Origin: Neodothiora populina
Lineage: Eukaryota
DNA: 64,000 bases
Direction: 5' to 3'
Assembly: GCF_041146345.1 (NCBI RefSeq)
Contig: NW_027191414.1
Location: 310,001-374,000, forward strand
Positions 25,801-37,508 of the stretch are shown here, one piece after another. The notes below the pieces were generated by a model, which saw nothing but the letters and a program-made list of their open reading frames with translations, was not told where the DNA came from and made no database searches. Made by a program: the position numbers and the translations under genes. Position 1 is the first letter of the stretch; every line of letters starts with the position of its first letter.

Positions 25801-28800
25801 CCGTGCATCCCCGCATTGATGCCAGGATCTCTTGGGTGAGGCGAACGTGCTGTTGAAGCGTCGTCTTACGTTGCATTTTTGAAGCCGCTACATTGACCCG
25901 ATCAGGGAAACAACGCGGAATGTGGTTTTTACCTTCATGCCACGTTGTTCACAAGTGGGAGCTGGTTGGCTGGCCCCAATGACTAACCGTGGCCGTCAAT
26001 GACATGGATCTCACTATTGAACTACCTGCAATTCCGCTGGTTATGAAGCAGTGTTTCCTCTCATTAAATCTCGACGTTCTTGGACGAATAGACTTTCGTG
26101 CGGAGCAACTCCCGGGACTGTCTTGCTTCTCCCCTGCAAGAACCCTCGGTAGTCGTTTAACCAGCGTCCGACATGTGGACGGCTAAGCGGGCAGGAGTAG
26201 GACGTCTTACTTAGCTGAACAGACCACCTGTGCTTTACGAGTGTCCTTTGGTTAATCAAGGCACGCTAATTTTATCCAGGCAGACCATTTCTAATACAGA
26301 CAAAACCACAAGATATACGGTATGGATATCGCTACCGTGCTGTGTGTACCCCAGGCAAGGAAGGAGTGCTCCGCTGCATCGGCTGAAACACCCGACAGGA
26401 CTAATAGAGATCCCCCTCACGCCGCATTTTCCATGCTGACGGGTCTCTCTGTCAAGCAAATGCACGACGAACAGCACTACGTGACGACAAAAATTGTGAA
26501 GGCGCAACAGCAATCTACCTTCTTCGATCGTCCAACTCTTAAGAATCCCACGGAACAGGCCTAAGCAGCCACTAGCCGATGTGACATGGTCGACTTGACA
26601 TGTACTCGTTCCTGTCTTCCAGCATGTCAACCGAGGTAAGGTCGGAAGCTTCTGAAGACACAAGCTTAAGGTAATGAGGTGTAGGTATGCAAAGCACACT
26701 TCAGAGGCACCGATACGTGAATGGCTTCTTGTACGATCGCATCTGCACCTCTTGAGGATTGCAGACTAGGTACAGTACATTAGAAGCGTGAAAGGACTGA
26801 AGACCAATTATTGCGAACCCACACAACCACGATGATCGTGCTGATCAAGCATCATAACATACCTTGATATTCGTTCTTCGTATTACAGTAGTAAAAACAC
26901 AATCCCTATTCCTCATGTCCACTCCGCGCAATGTGTAGGTGAAGCGCCAGGGAATGGCTCACACATAAAACGGCGAAGAGGCACATGACTGTGTCGGACC
27001 GCGCCTATGCGGCATAGCTGGTAGTAAGGTATCCAAAAGATGAAGAACGATGTACTTATCCAATGTACATGCTGAGGTACTTTACGCTCATACGTCGATA
27101 GACCCCAGATACGTGCTCTAGCACCAATCTACGAAGACGGTTTTTCCCCACCTTGTGGTAGTAAGGTATTATACGGATATACCTCAATGCAGTTCACCGT
27201 TCGCTAAGGTACGTCAGGCATGTACCTATACCTTCCCTCTCGCCGCACCTGCCTTGGCTTCTTTCTAGCGTCTTTGCCAAAGGTTCTTCAGGCAAGTTCA
27301 CCAGCCCTTCTCCTGAGAAGGTGAGGCTCCTGCACCTCTTGGTATCGTGACGCGCCTTTGAGGTAAGAACGTCATTTGGCCGAACAGGTACAGTAAGGTA
27401 CCTTGGTGCATCCGTCACACAGCCCACTCCTCATTCAGTCCGTCGCTTAAATCTGCTGCCTTCTTGGATGGATAGGTACTAAAAGAATCCAGACTCGCAC
27501 ACACATTCATCTCATGCAACATGTTCTCCTGCGGCATAGGTGCCTGTGGCGAAGAAGGGACCGTTGAAGCCTTTCACTAGAGCTGCAGAACCTGACGGGC
27601 CGGACACAGCCTCCGTAAGCAGAGGTAGGTTGGCATAGGTCGATCTACAATCACCCGATAAGGACGCTGCCGGAAGGGCCAGATCCTAGTTCGCGCCATC
27701 ATGCATCCAGATCGCTATGTCTGATTGGATAAGGTTCACTTTGCACCGTGATGGTTTTGTTCGTATAAAGGAATTGCCTGCCTCGCTTATGTCGCTGGAG
27801 ATGTACTTTGTTCTGTACGCCTAACATGTCACCCCCCTGAACCCCCTATCGGCAGCGAGTCGACAGATCGAAGGCAAACCTCGACGTTAGCTAACATAGC
27901 TGAACTGCTTTGAGCTGAGCATCACGGGCTGCAGGCCGCATGCTCGGTGCGACCCCCTCGTCCCTTCTTCTTGCTGGGTTAAGACCTCCTGAGGGATGAC
28001 CCGCGGCGGTATCTGTTCTGGGGTCCAGAGCTCTGCCTGCGTATGTCCAACGGTCTCAATATGAAGGAACATAGTCAATCCCATCTGATTCTAGTCTCAT
28101 CCTTAACATACCTAGCAATGCTTCCCTCGGACCTAATGTAAATGCTGTTGTCGCCGGTGTTATGGTGTACTTGACCTTGCCAATGCTAGTGCTTTCGTTT
28201 TCGCGACATCTTTAGCATGATCCTTGATCATTCACAGCGTTTTCAGAAGTTGATTGAAGACTTCGATAGTCACTATGCTTCTACATATGGCTATAGAAAT
28301 TCCACTTCTCCTCGGATTGATTTCAACCTTGATCTCCTGACGGTACTGATACCTTGGGTTTCCGGAGTCAGCCCGCAGACAATTAGTATTCGTCTATGTT
28401 CATTGTTACAATCATATCTCTTGTGTGCAGCCCCGCCATTGACTAGGTGAGATGTCCCACCTTGCCAGACGCTGAACTTGTATGGTGAAGATCCCCAGTA
28501 TCAACGCTGACACAAGAGCAAAACTCACCATTGATGCGAAAGTTTGAGGTTTCTCCACAGAGAATACTGTAGTGGCTGAGTCGCTCGCTTTCGAAAATGC
28601 ATCCATGTTCGCATATTCGCCGCGGGACTATCATCGCGAAAGTGCAATGCCCTGATCAGGCTTACCTCACTATCTCCACCAAATCTAATCCGTTTGCCCT
28701 TTTGCATTCGTGTTTGTACTGACTAAATTCACTCTACCACAAACGCAACTACTATATCATCATCTTTAGAGGAACGAATTTGCCGCAGCGGATTCCCGCG

Positions 28801-30497
28801 GGATCAGCAATTCAGCTCGCTGAGTCGCGCTATACCAGCTACACCCTCACGTGAACGCCGCGGAGACGTGAGATGTAAGGCGTAACTTCATTGGACTGTC
28901 ACTGGCAATACCATCATATCCTGATTCAAGCGTTCCACCAGGCGCACCGCTGGGCGTTGTTCAACGGGTCTTAAAGGGTCCTGTGCGATCCCTCCGTCCA
29001 TCGCTTGCAGAGAAATTCCGGAAATAACAGGACACAATGGGTGGGTAATGTTTTCTGTTTTGATTTGAGTTTCTCTGCATCATTCTAGGTTCTCGATACC
29101 ATCCCTTGCATGTCAATCGAGTGTTCTTCTCCAATACCTGATCAAGCATTGTACATAAGGTTCTCTCGAGGGAGCTACCTTGTCGTATTTGGCAATTACG
29201 GATCTAGACGAGATGCATGCGCTTGCCAGATACACATACGGCACGATCTCGACCTCGATCTCAACCCATCCGTCCTCGGCTCATCCCCATCTCTCCGTCC
29301 GATACCATGCTCTTCGTCCATTTCTCCTATGGAGGTGGTGTAGCGATTCTCGACCGACAGAAAGTTTCGGCGGGTGGCTCAATCAACCTTCGCTACTCGG
29401 CGATACGCGAAACAAATAAAGGAAAAGCATCAACAACGATGCCGTGAACTTTCGTTCCTGACATCACACTATGCGCTCGTCCTTACTTCCGTCCGAGCAA
29501 GCTCCGAATTGAGAGAGAGTAGGCATTCGGAAGAGGACAGCAATATAACAGTGGAAAACAAAGTATACACAACCGATCACTATACCATGGGTCAACTGCG
29601 CAGTGAAAGACGGGTCCAGGCCCTGCCAGCCATCACCACGTGGCGTTCTGGGGTATGTTTCTAAGCCGTGTACATAGCTAAAAAATATAACAAGACTTCG
29701 GAGCCAGCTCACGGTGCTGTGAACATGCAAATAGTGAGCAATAAATCGACTGTTCAAGGCCACCATGCTTGCTGAGATGGTTGTAGTTGTTGTTGTAAAT
29801 TTGAGCGTACGTCTTCGGCCTCGAGGTGTCATCACGACGGATCATACCGTGCCGTTTACTGTGAAGCGCCAGCCCGCCAGCCAGCACTCTATATTTGGAA
29901 TCAACATCTCGAATGGATGGTGGGACGGGTCATCTCGGAGTATGCAGTTTCGCCCTCGGATGAGGTTTAAGTTGCGTTGCTCTTCATCTGTCAATTCTAT
30001 ATTTGGTTGGCACGCAGGTTCTCAAGTGGTTGGGAGTCTCATAACGACTGGAATGTTGTTTCTTGATACGTGGCTGACTAAGATTTTTCCATTGCAACAA
30101 CGTCGGTGCAGGAGAGACAGACTCTAGAGGAGGGGAGGAAAATACAAGCGACAGGATCACGAGAAGTCGGAAGCAGATCGGACGAAGACGAAGCTCTCCG
30201 TTGACGAACAGAAATCACAGAATGTGGACGCGACGAAGTCTTGCGGTCAAACATGATCAGAAGGCTGAGCCGAGCTTTCTGACTGCCTGTTCACATTGTG
30301 ATTTGTGTCTTGTAGAGACTAGTGCGCCGCCGCCTGAATTAGGACAGAGCTCTCGAAGTCTGGTCATCGAGAAAGACTACCTTAGTGTTTGTTATTATCG
30401 TTCGTCATGTTGGAATCGTCATCGTACAATCACGCCTTCCTTGTTTGAGCAAGTCCACAGGACCAAGAAAAGCGAGTCATCGAGGAAATCGACCCTC

Positions 30498-31640
30498 TTA
30501 GAAAGCCCCAGGCTTGCGCAGCTTCAGCGTGATGAGCGGATCTATGCCCGGAAGCATACTTCCTTCGGCGCCGGCGGCATGAGATGCCGACCTGATGGAA
30601 GGCACAGTACTGTTGGCCCAGTCGACGATGCTTCTATCAAGTACTATAGGCCCATCTGCATCATCGTCATCGTCGTGGAAGCCAAAGCCAGGGAAGAAGT
30701 CATCTGCAATGCGCGGCAACGGTAGAGCGTGGTGCTGGTGGCCCATCTTGGGCGCGGCAGCACCGGCATCGAAGTGAGTCGGAGCGGTAGGTGATATCTT
30801 GGTTGATTCCTGGGATGCTGTGGCTGTGGGTTGATTCGGCAAGTTGTTGTTGTTGGTCTCGGATGTTGGTGGTTCGCTAGATACACCGCTCCTGACGAGA
30901 GGTTTGGGGAAGTCTGTCGGTCGCGGCACGAGTCCGGTTCGGGCGTACTGATCTGGGAACCTCGTTCGAAGGCGGTCACGTAGATCCGTAGGCGTACGCC
31001 CCGTGGACTGGAAGATTTGATCTTTCTGTATCACTTGCCACGTCGGACCGTGTTCGTCATACCCGCGAAGCAAAGCCTCGTCTTCCTCGGTCGTGAATTT
31101 CCGTCGTTTGCGCCGCTTCACTTTCCACAATGTGGCCGCGCTCTCCTTGCCCGTGTCATTGCTGACGTCGATGTCCTGCAAAACGGCGGTTTCGACCGGC
31201 GTGCGAGACGAGCTGTCTTCGTCGGCTCGGGGCGTCGACGGGCCCGCAGAAGTGCTCTCGGCGGTCACGGCACCACCAGCGTTGTTCTGCTGCTCGCGAG
31301 CCTGCTTCGCTTTCTTGGTCCTGGGATTCCCGTACGCGTTAGGTTTACACACGCGGAATCTATGACTGTTAGCCCAGAATTGCCCTCGCTTTTCGCCGGG
31401 GGCTTGCCCCTTCTTTCACTGAATTATTACCTATCCTTGAGGTCAACAGCCGTGCGCTTGTTGAAGCAATACTCGGGACACATCAAGATCTTCTTCCAGC
31501 TGCCTATGCCGAATTTCGCGACGCCGCGAAGGAGATCATCGGTTTCCTGGTCAGTCCATTTGTTACGTTGCGATGCTCGCTTGTCTGAAGGCCTCTCGTC
31601 TGTCGACCTTGTTTCGTTTCTACCTGGCACAGCAGCTGCT

Positions 31641-31698
<58 letters not shown>

Positions 31699-32239
31699 AA
31701 GTAGCAGTCGCAGCAGGTATTTGGGAGACTTGATCCGCAGAAGCTACACTATGGGCAATCGAGCAAGCATTCCTCGTAGAAGGCAAAAGCACCTGCGTCT
31801 CCTCTGCACTGATAGAAGGCAAGATGCGCGACGTCCGCGGCGGCTCATGAAGACCTTGCAGAACAGGCGGAACACGGTGCCGTTTCGTCCCTCGCTTGAC
31901 AGGCAGCTTGGGCAATGTGAAAAGCGTCTGATCGAGCCGCGGCGGCGAGATCTGACTATGGATCTCATCGTCCTTGTTGAGCACATTTGCAATCGGCAGA
32001 CCAGAGGTCGCCGCCGTACTCGTCGTTTGATCGTTATTGCCGGACTGTCTGAGAGCCTGCTTCGAAACCTCATATTGCACCACGTCTCGCCGCGTCTGCC
32101 CCGGTCTACTGTTCAGCAGGAACGGCATCAACTGCTCGTTCGTCGTCCTGTCCAGGTGGTGCGCGGAGAGATTGCCATTGCTTAGTGCGCTGGGCTCGAC
32201 CGGATTCGGCCGACTGATGAAGTCGAGGTCGGATGGCAT
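30498..32239 (-). CDS. Two-Myb/telobox protein (Tay1/Teb1-like telomeric-repeat-binding factor); 2 exons
   Basis: Myb1 RNKWTDQETDDLLRGVAKFGIGSWKKIL...RTAVDLKDR|FR (intron 31360-31430) and Myb2 RRKFTTEEDEALLRGYDEHGPTW...RTPTDLRDRLR. The LKDR/LRDR endings are telobox-type. Confidence 0.85.
31641..31697. repeat. Compound coding microsatellite (GCA)6(GTA)13, encoding the poly-Thr13 run and 6 of the 9 Ala that follow it in the Myb protein
   Basis: Read directly; the protein contains STTTTTTTTTTTTTAAAAAAAAA. Confidence 0.95.
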
Positions 32240-32707
32240 TTGGTCTCATAGCATCACGGGATTCTTTCACTTTTCGCATTCCTGAGTGGTCTATGATGGG
32301 CCCTTTGCCGCATATCACTTTTTGGCGATGCAGGCACGGGAGTGTGCTGATGGTGGGGAAGGAGTGTGTGGCGCCGGAAACTTCACGCACTCCGGTCTTG
32401 GCGCCAATCATAAGATCAGGAGCTATATTGACACAGCTCGACAGTATACAGCATGGTGCATTACAATTGATTGGAAGTACAATGTTCTATTCATCATGTA
32501 AAAGCATCGAAGTATCATGGGCACACTGGACTTGATCAATCATACGAAAGGTAGTAACCATACTTGATACGCCGACCCGCCGCGACGAGTGGTGGCAGAT
32601 GAAAAGCGCGATACTCGCAGATCAATTGCTAGTAAAAGCACTTTATCATTTCTCTAAACATTCTTCGTGGAATCATACCACAATCTCTGTCTAGCGGAAT
32701 CTCCCGA

Positions 32708-35517
32708 CTACGAGAATGTGCCATTGAAAAACACTCCGCTGGCCGGCATATCGAGATATGGCACACCATCACCGTCCGCCGTGTTGACATACACCGTGTT
32801 GCCCCACCTACAGTACATTAGCAAGCAGAATCAAAGACACACGGGGGCAACTATTGCTTACCAGTCTGGAAACGAATATCCAGGATAGCTGACCGCAAAA
32901 AAGATGATGATGCCCGAAAGCGCGGTGCCAGTGTCGATAGCGGCGGCCAGGACGTAGTTGTACTTTGTCCACCATGCGAAGAACCTCTTCTTCAGCCAGC
33001 CGTTGAAGATCCAATTGACCAGTGCCCAACTGGAGTAGTTGATACCGGTCGCAGGAGGCACGTCTAGAATATTTGTCAACGCTACGGTAATTCGATGTCA
33101 AAAGTCTATGCTTGACTTACTATAAGTGCCGACGAAAATCAGCGGCCAATTGACCTTTCTCCAGAACTCCTTGCCTGTCTTTTTCCATAACGTCCAGGTG
33201 ATAATGGGTGCGATTGCGCCGATCCAGAAGAAGTGCAGGAGGTTGGAGTAAATCTTGCCAACAGAGTACAGACGAGCTGGGCCAATGAGACCCCAAATGA
33301 CTGACGACGAAAAGACGGTTCGACCGTTCGGACAGGTGAACGAGTCGGCTTGGTCTGCCGAGCAAATGTTGTCGATATTGCCGAGCATCCATAGAGTGAC
33401 TCCGACCTGGGTCAATGCACCAAGAATCGCAGCGAACCCCTGAGCGAAGAATACTGTGCGAGGAGCGATCTTGAGGTAATGGCCCAACTTTGCACACGGT
33501 CAGCATGCGCATTCCTCCCGAGGGTCGTGAGTATACGTACCTTCATATCCTGGGAGAAGAACACTCCCTGGCTCACGACATCGGTACTAAGAATCTTGAA
33601 GATCATGTTCGCCAGAGGCTTGCCAGAAAACATATATCCTCCAATGAACTCGCTAAGCACATTAAGCTGATTCGCGTCGACGTTGGTAATTCCTGGGGAA
33701 AGTCAATTCCCTGAAGTGTTGGCGTTTCCTTACACAATAATCTCTCTCATACCTTGAACGATTCCACATGGGATCATGTAGATGGCCGGAATCACAAGAG
33801 CCAGGAAAACACCATAAACCGGGAGTTTGGTATCAAATACCTCCACCATCACAATTGACAATGCGGTGAATATGACGATCAGACTCGCATACCACCACCA
33901 GGGAGTCTTCTTGTACGCCAACATCAAACGGCCGTGTATATCCAGATTGCGACGTCCGCGAAGCGCAGCGAGGATGTCTGAACCATGCCATAGATAGACG
34001 TGAACAATGACTGCGGTGATTGATGCAAAAGACAACCCGTACACGAAGGCATAGGTCGCACTCAAGAATGGCGGCGAGTATTGGGCGTATGCTACGGGGT
34101 CTAATGAGCCGGCGGCATTGACGACTTTAGTGACGTTGTAGTCTCCTCCAGTATTGTCGTACACATCAGCAGTCTGGAATTTCATGTTAGCTAGAGAATA
34201 TCTAATATGTGGTTATCATGACCCTTACCATCAGAGGAAGGTACGCAGTATACCACGTGTTAGTGTAATAAATTCCAGGACAGACAATCCAGAAAAAGAA
34301 CGCGAATCCAGCAAAGACATTGAGTGCTGCCCAAGAAGGTGACAACAGAGGATTAGTATTATACGCAATCTGTGACCAATCGAATGTAATCGGACTCAAC
34401 CCCAATCCAGTCTGGAAGCCAAAGAGCTGGTTGACGACTTTGTTCTTCGGCACAATCCAGCAGATCCAAGTAAAGTAACTGAGCCCGACAAAGATAAGAC
34501 CTGGGAACCAATACCTGCACAACCCATTCAATTACTCAAATTCTCAGGTGTAGATGGATCGATACGTACCACACGAATGCGCCTAGCATGACAAACAAGA
34601 AGAAGCGAAGACGGGATATCCGCCAGCCGTTTGCGACCGCATTTGCCCGACTATGCAACGTGGAAAGCAAAGCGCAGTTGCCCAGCACTCCAGGCCAGAT
34701 GATTGTCGCAGGCTCCACAAGCCACGGAGCACAGAGACCAGCGACGCCAAAGCCCAAGAGTTGGCAGCACAGGAACATGAGCACCGCAAGACCGGGAGCG
34801 ATATCAAAGCCATAGAACGCCTTTGCAGCCTGCACGATGTTGCTCGCGTCGGCGCCGCCCGCGAATCCAATCGACACGTTGCTCATGATGGTGATGAGCG
34901 CGTGCTCCTTGATATTGAAGTGTCGGTCCGGGTTGATATTCCACTGGCCCAGACGGCCGAGATTCAGCGTATACACAGGTAGGATGTGAGCAATGGCTAC
35001 ACCCATTGGGAACGACAGCAACTCGGCGACGAGCGACACGATGTGCACGGCCGGATAGCGTAGGGAGAAGAATTGGTTCACACCACTTCCAATCATCGTC
35101 CAGATGATACCTAACAGCCACATGCGGAGAGTGTTTACAGGAATGGCCGGGTCATCTGTTTCTGGGACCACGGCTCGCACTGAAGTCATGGTACGTTCGT
35201 TAGCCCATTGGAAGTCCTCGTCATATACAGTATGCTTGGGACTCGCCTTCTGGGTAGGGAGATGTATCAGCCTCGATATCCTCCACGCTCTCGTCACCAA
35301 GCGCTTTGTCCAGATCGACCTCAATCTCTTGCATGTGGCCATGCTCGATGTCCTGGGACGCGGGCTCGACATTGACATCCACGGTAGCACCATTCTTTGA
35401 TGCGCCATGCTTGCCGTTGTCGCCGAGAGTCTTCTCCGGAATTTTACTCAAGGTGTTCAGCTGCACGTCATCTGTATCGCGCCGCGTCACAGGGAAAGGC
35501 CTGCGAAAGCGATGCAT
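32708..35517 (-). CDS. OPT-family oligopeptide transporter; multi-exon
   Basis: SPYPE|VRAVVPETDDP (SPYxEVRxxVxxxDDP motif), FNIKEHALITIM, KYNYVLAAAIDTG and last exon WWGNTVYVNTADG...FS* (TAG 32708-32710). Confidence 0.93.
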
Positions 35518-35829
35518 GGTTTCTCGCGCGTGTCCACAGCATCCGCCTCCTTTTTTTTCCTGGTTACCACTGGCGACTTGTGTGCGAGCGAGTTGATCAC
35601 AGAGAAGACGAGAAGACGAGAAGACGGAAAAGCAATCAACGATCTACCTTTGTTCCTACAGTACTTGCCCTCTGCATATATTCTAGTCGTTGTATCTCGG
35701 CGTGATCTACATGAATGGGCCTATCTATGCAGTAGTAGTAGCTAAAAGCAATAGCACCAGTAGGGCAATAATTCCACCCTACCTCCTCAAGTAGCATGCA
35801 TACATATGCGCATGGTCACGACTTTCTTG

Positions 35830-36095
35830 CTTATCGTGCGGCCGCGGGCTGGTGGGGAGGGGAGGTGTGCCCGCGGCGGACGCACAGAGTTGGTGTCGAG
35901 TGGAGAGAGTGGTGGGGATACGATAACAACCCTGACCAACACACTGGCCCAGGAAGGTGGTTAGAGAAGTAAGGCAAGATAGGTACTGTACGCAGGTACT
36001 GATAAGAAAGCCAACCCTGCGCGCCGGCTAGCGACGGGGCTGGGTTGAGATGGTAAGGCTTGACGTCCCAATTGAATGTCGTCCATTAGTTATCT
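35830..36095. promoter_or_regulatory. Cluster of GATA (AreA/Nit2-type) sites upstream of the OPT gene
   Basis: CTTATC 35830, GATA/GATAA 35917/35922, GATAG 35978, GATAAG 36001 and TTATCT 36090. Peptide transporters are typical nitrogen-regulated genes. Confidence 0.4.
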
Positions 36096-37508
36096 TACGA
36101 ACCCGACTGCCTGCATGTACGCACGTATGCATGCTGCACCCATAGTCGTCATCGTATGAAAATCGCAACATATAAATGCAGTAGAAGCAAGCAAGATACA
36201 GACCATACCTGACGCCGTATTAGAACTTCGCTTAACGGGAGTCCGGCGCCGTCACTCCACATATCAAGTGTTTCCGTATCTCGAGCTTAATTGTGCTATA
36301 TGCCTTACGAGAACAGTGCAAGCAAGGCACTATGTTCAGAACTGTCCTGCCTCGCAGTAGGACTGTACTGTACGTTCAATGGAACTAAAAGATGCTTTGG
36401 TGCTTTCAAGAGCGCCCGGTCTCTCGCATATCCGGGTCCCAAGTACCAAGGTAGGCAGCGCGCTGTATAGCGCTGGACTCGACTGGATCACACCGCACCG
36501 TACTGCAGGTACGATATGTTGATCAATCTCCGTTTCGTGTACGTGCAACAAAAGGAAGACGGTGGGCTGGTGTGTGGGTGGGATGCTACCTACCATAATT
36601 ATACAACATCCAAAAGCGGCGGAAAGAACCGAAAAAGGCACTTGATTGCGGTAGTCAGTAGTTGAATGCGTTGCGCTTGAATCTCGTGTCACACGTTGAA
36701 ATTCTGCACTCATATTCAATGGACATGGAGAGTCAAAGTAGATATACACATGAACCAGAGGCCCCAAAAGACGAACAGAACCCCAATTAAACTCCATGAA
36801 GCATAATTTATTGTATACGGTATACCCCTCGAGAGAGGAGCGGCCGACTCGGACAGGGTCGCCCTACGTTTACCCCCTCCTGTGTTTTCATATCTACCTT
36901 GAAGGTCCACTTGAGCAGATCAAAAACGAGGCAAACAAGCATGTCAGTAATTCATGCAATCGCACCGTGTATACATGTCTAGTTCCCTTTTCACTCCTTC
37001 GAAGCGTCTCGATGGTTGCGGTTTTGATTATCACGAACACATGAGGGTAGTTTAGCAGGCAATACGTTTGATCCTTTAGACAGTTTAAGGTGTACAAGAG
37101 CACGTAGATAATACAGCATGCATTTCCCTTTCACAGTCTAGTCTTATGCCGAAACCGACATTCGAGCTATGGCGAAGTCGAAGCCAGAGTCTGAGAGAAG
37201 CAGAAGGGCTTGATGACATGCAAGAGAAGAAGCAAAGTCTAACGACGTTGAGGTAGAAGTTTTCTTTCGATCTTGGTATCTAATGATGACAAAAAGGAGA
37301 AGTGTCCTGACAGAATTTTGATAAATGAGACAGCGGCTGCTAGAGACTAAAACAATTAATAAAAGCGAAGGGACATGTGGGATACATGCGGTGGAGATAC
37401 GTTGGGTAAGAGGGAGATAAGACTATACAAATCCCTCGAAAAGTCTGGTGAGAGGAGCAAGAAAACCATCGCCTTTGGTATCATAGCAGACAAGACAAAA
37501 AAGAAGAC

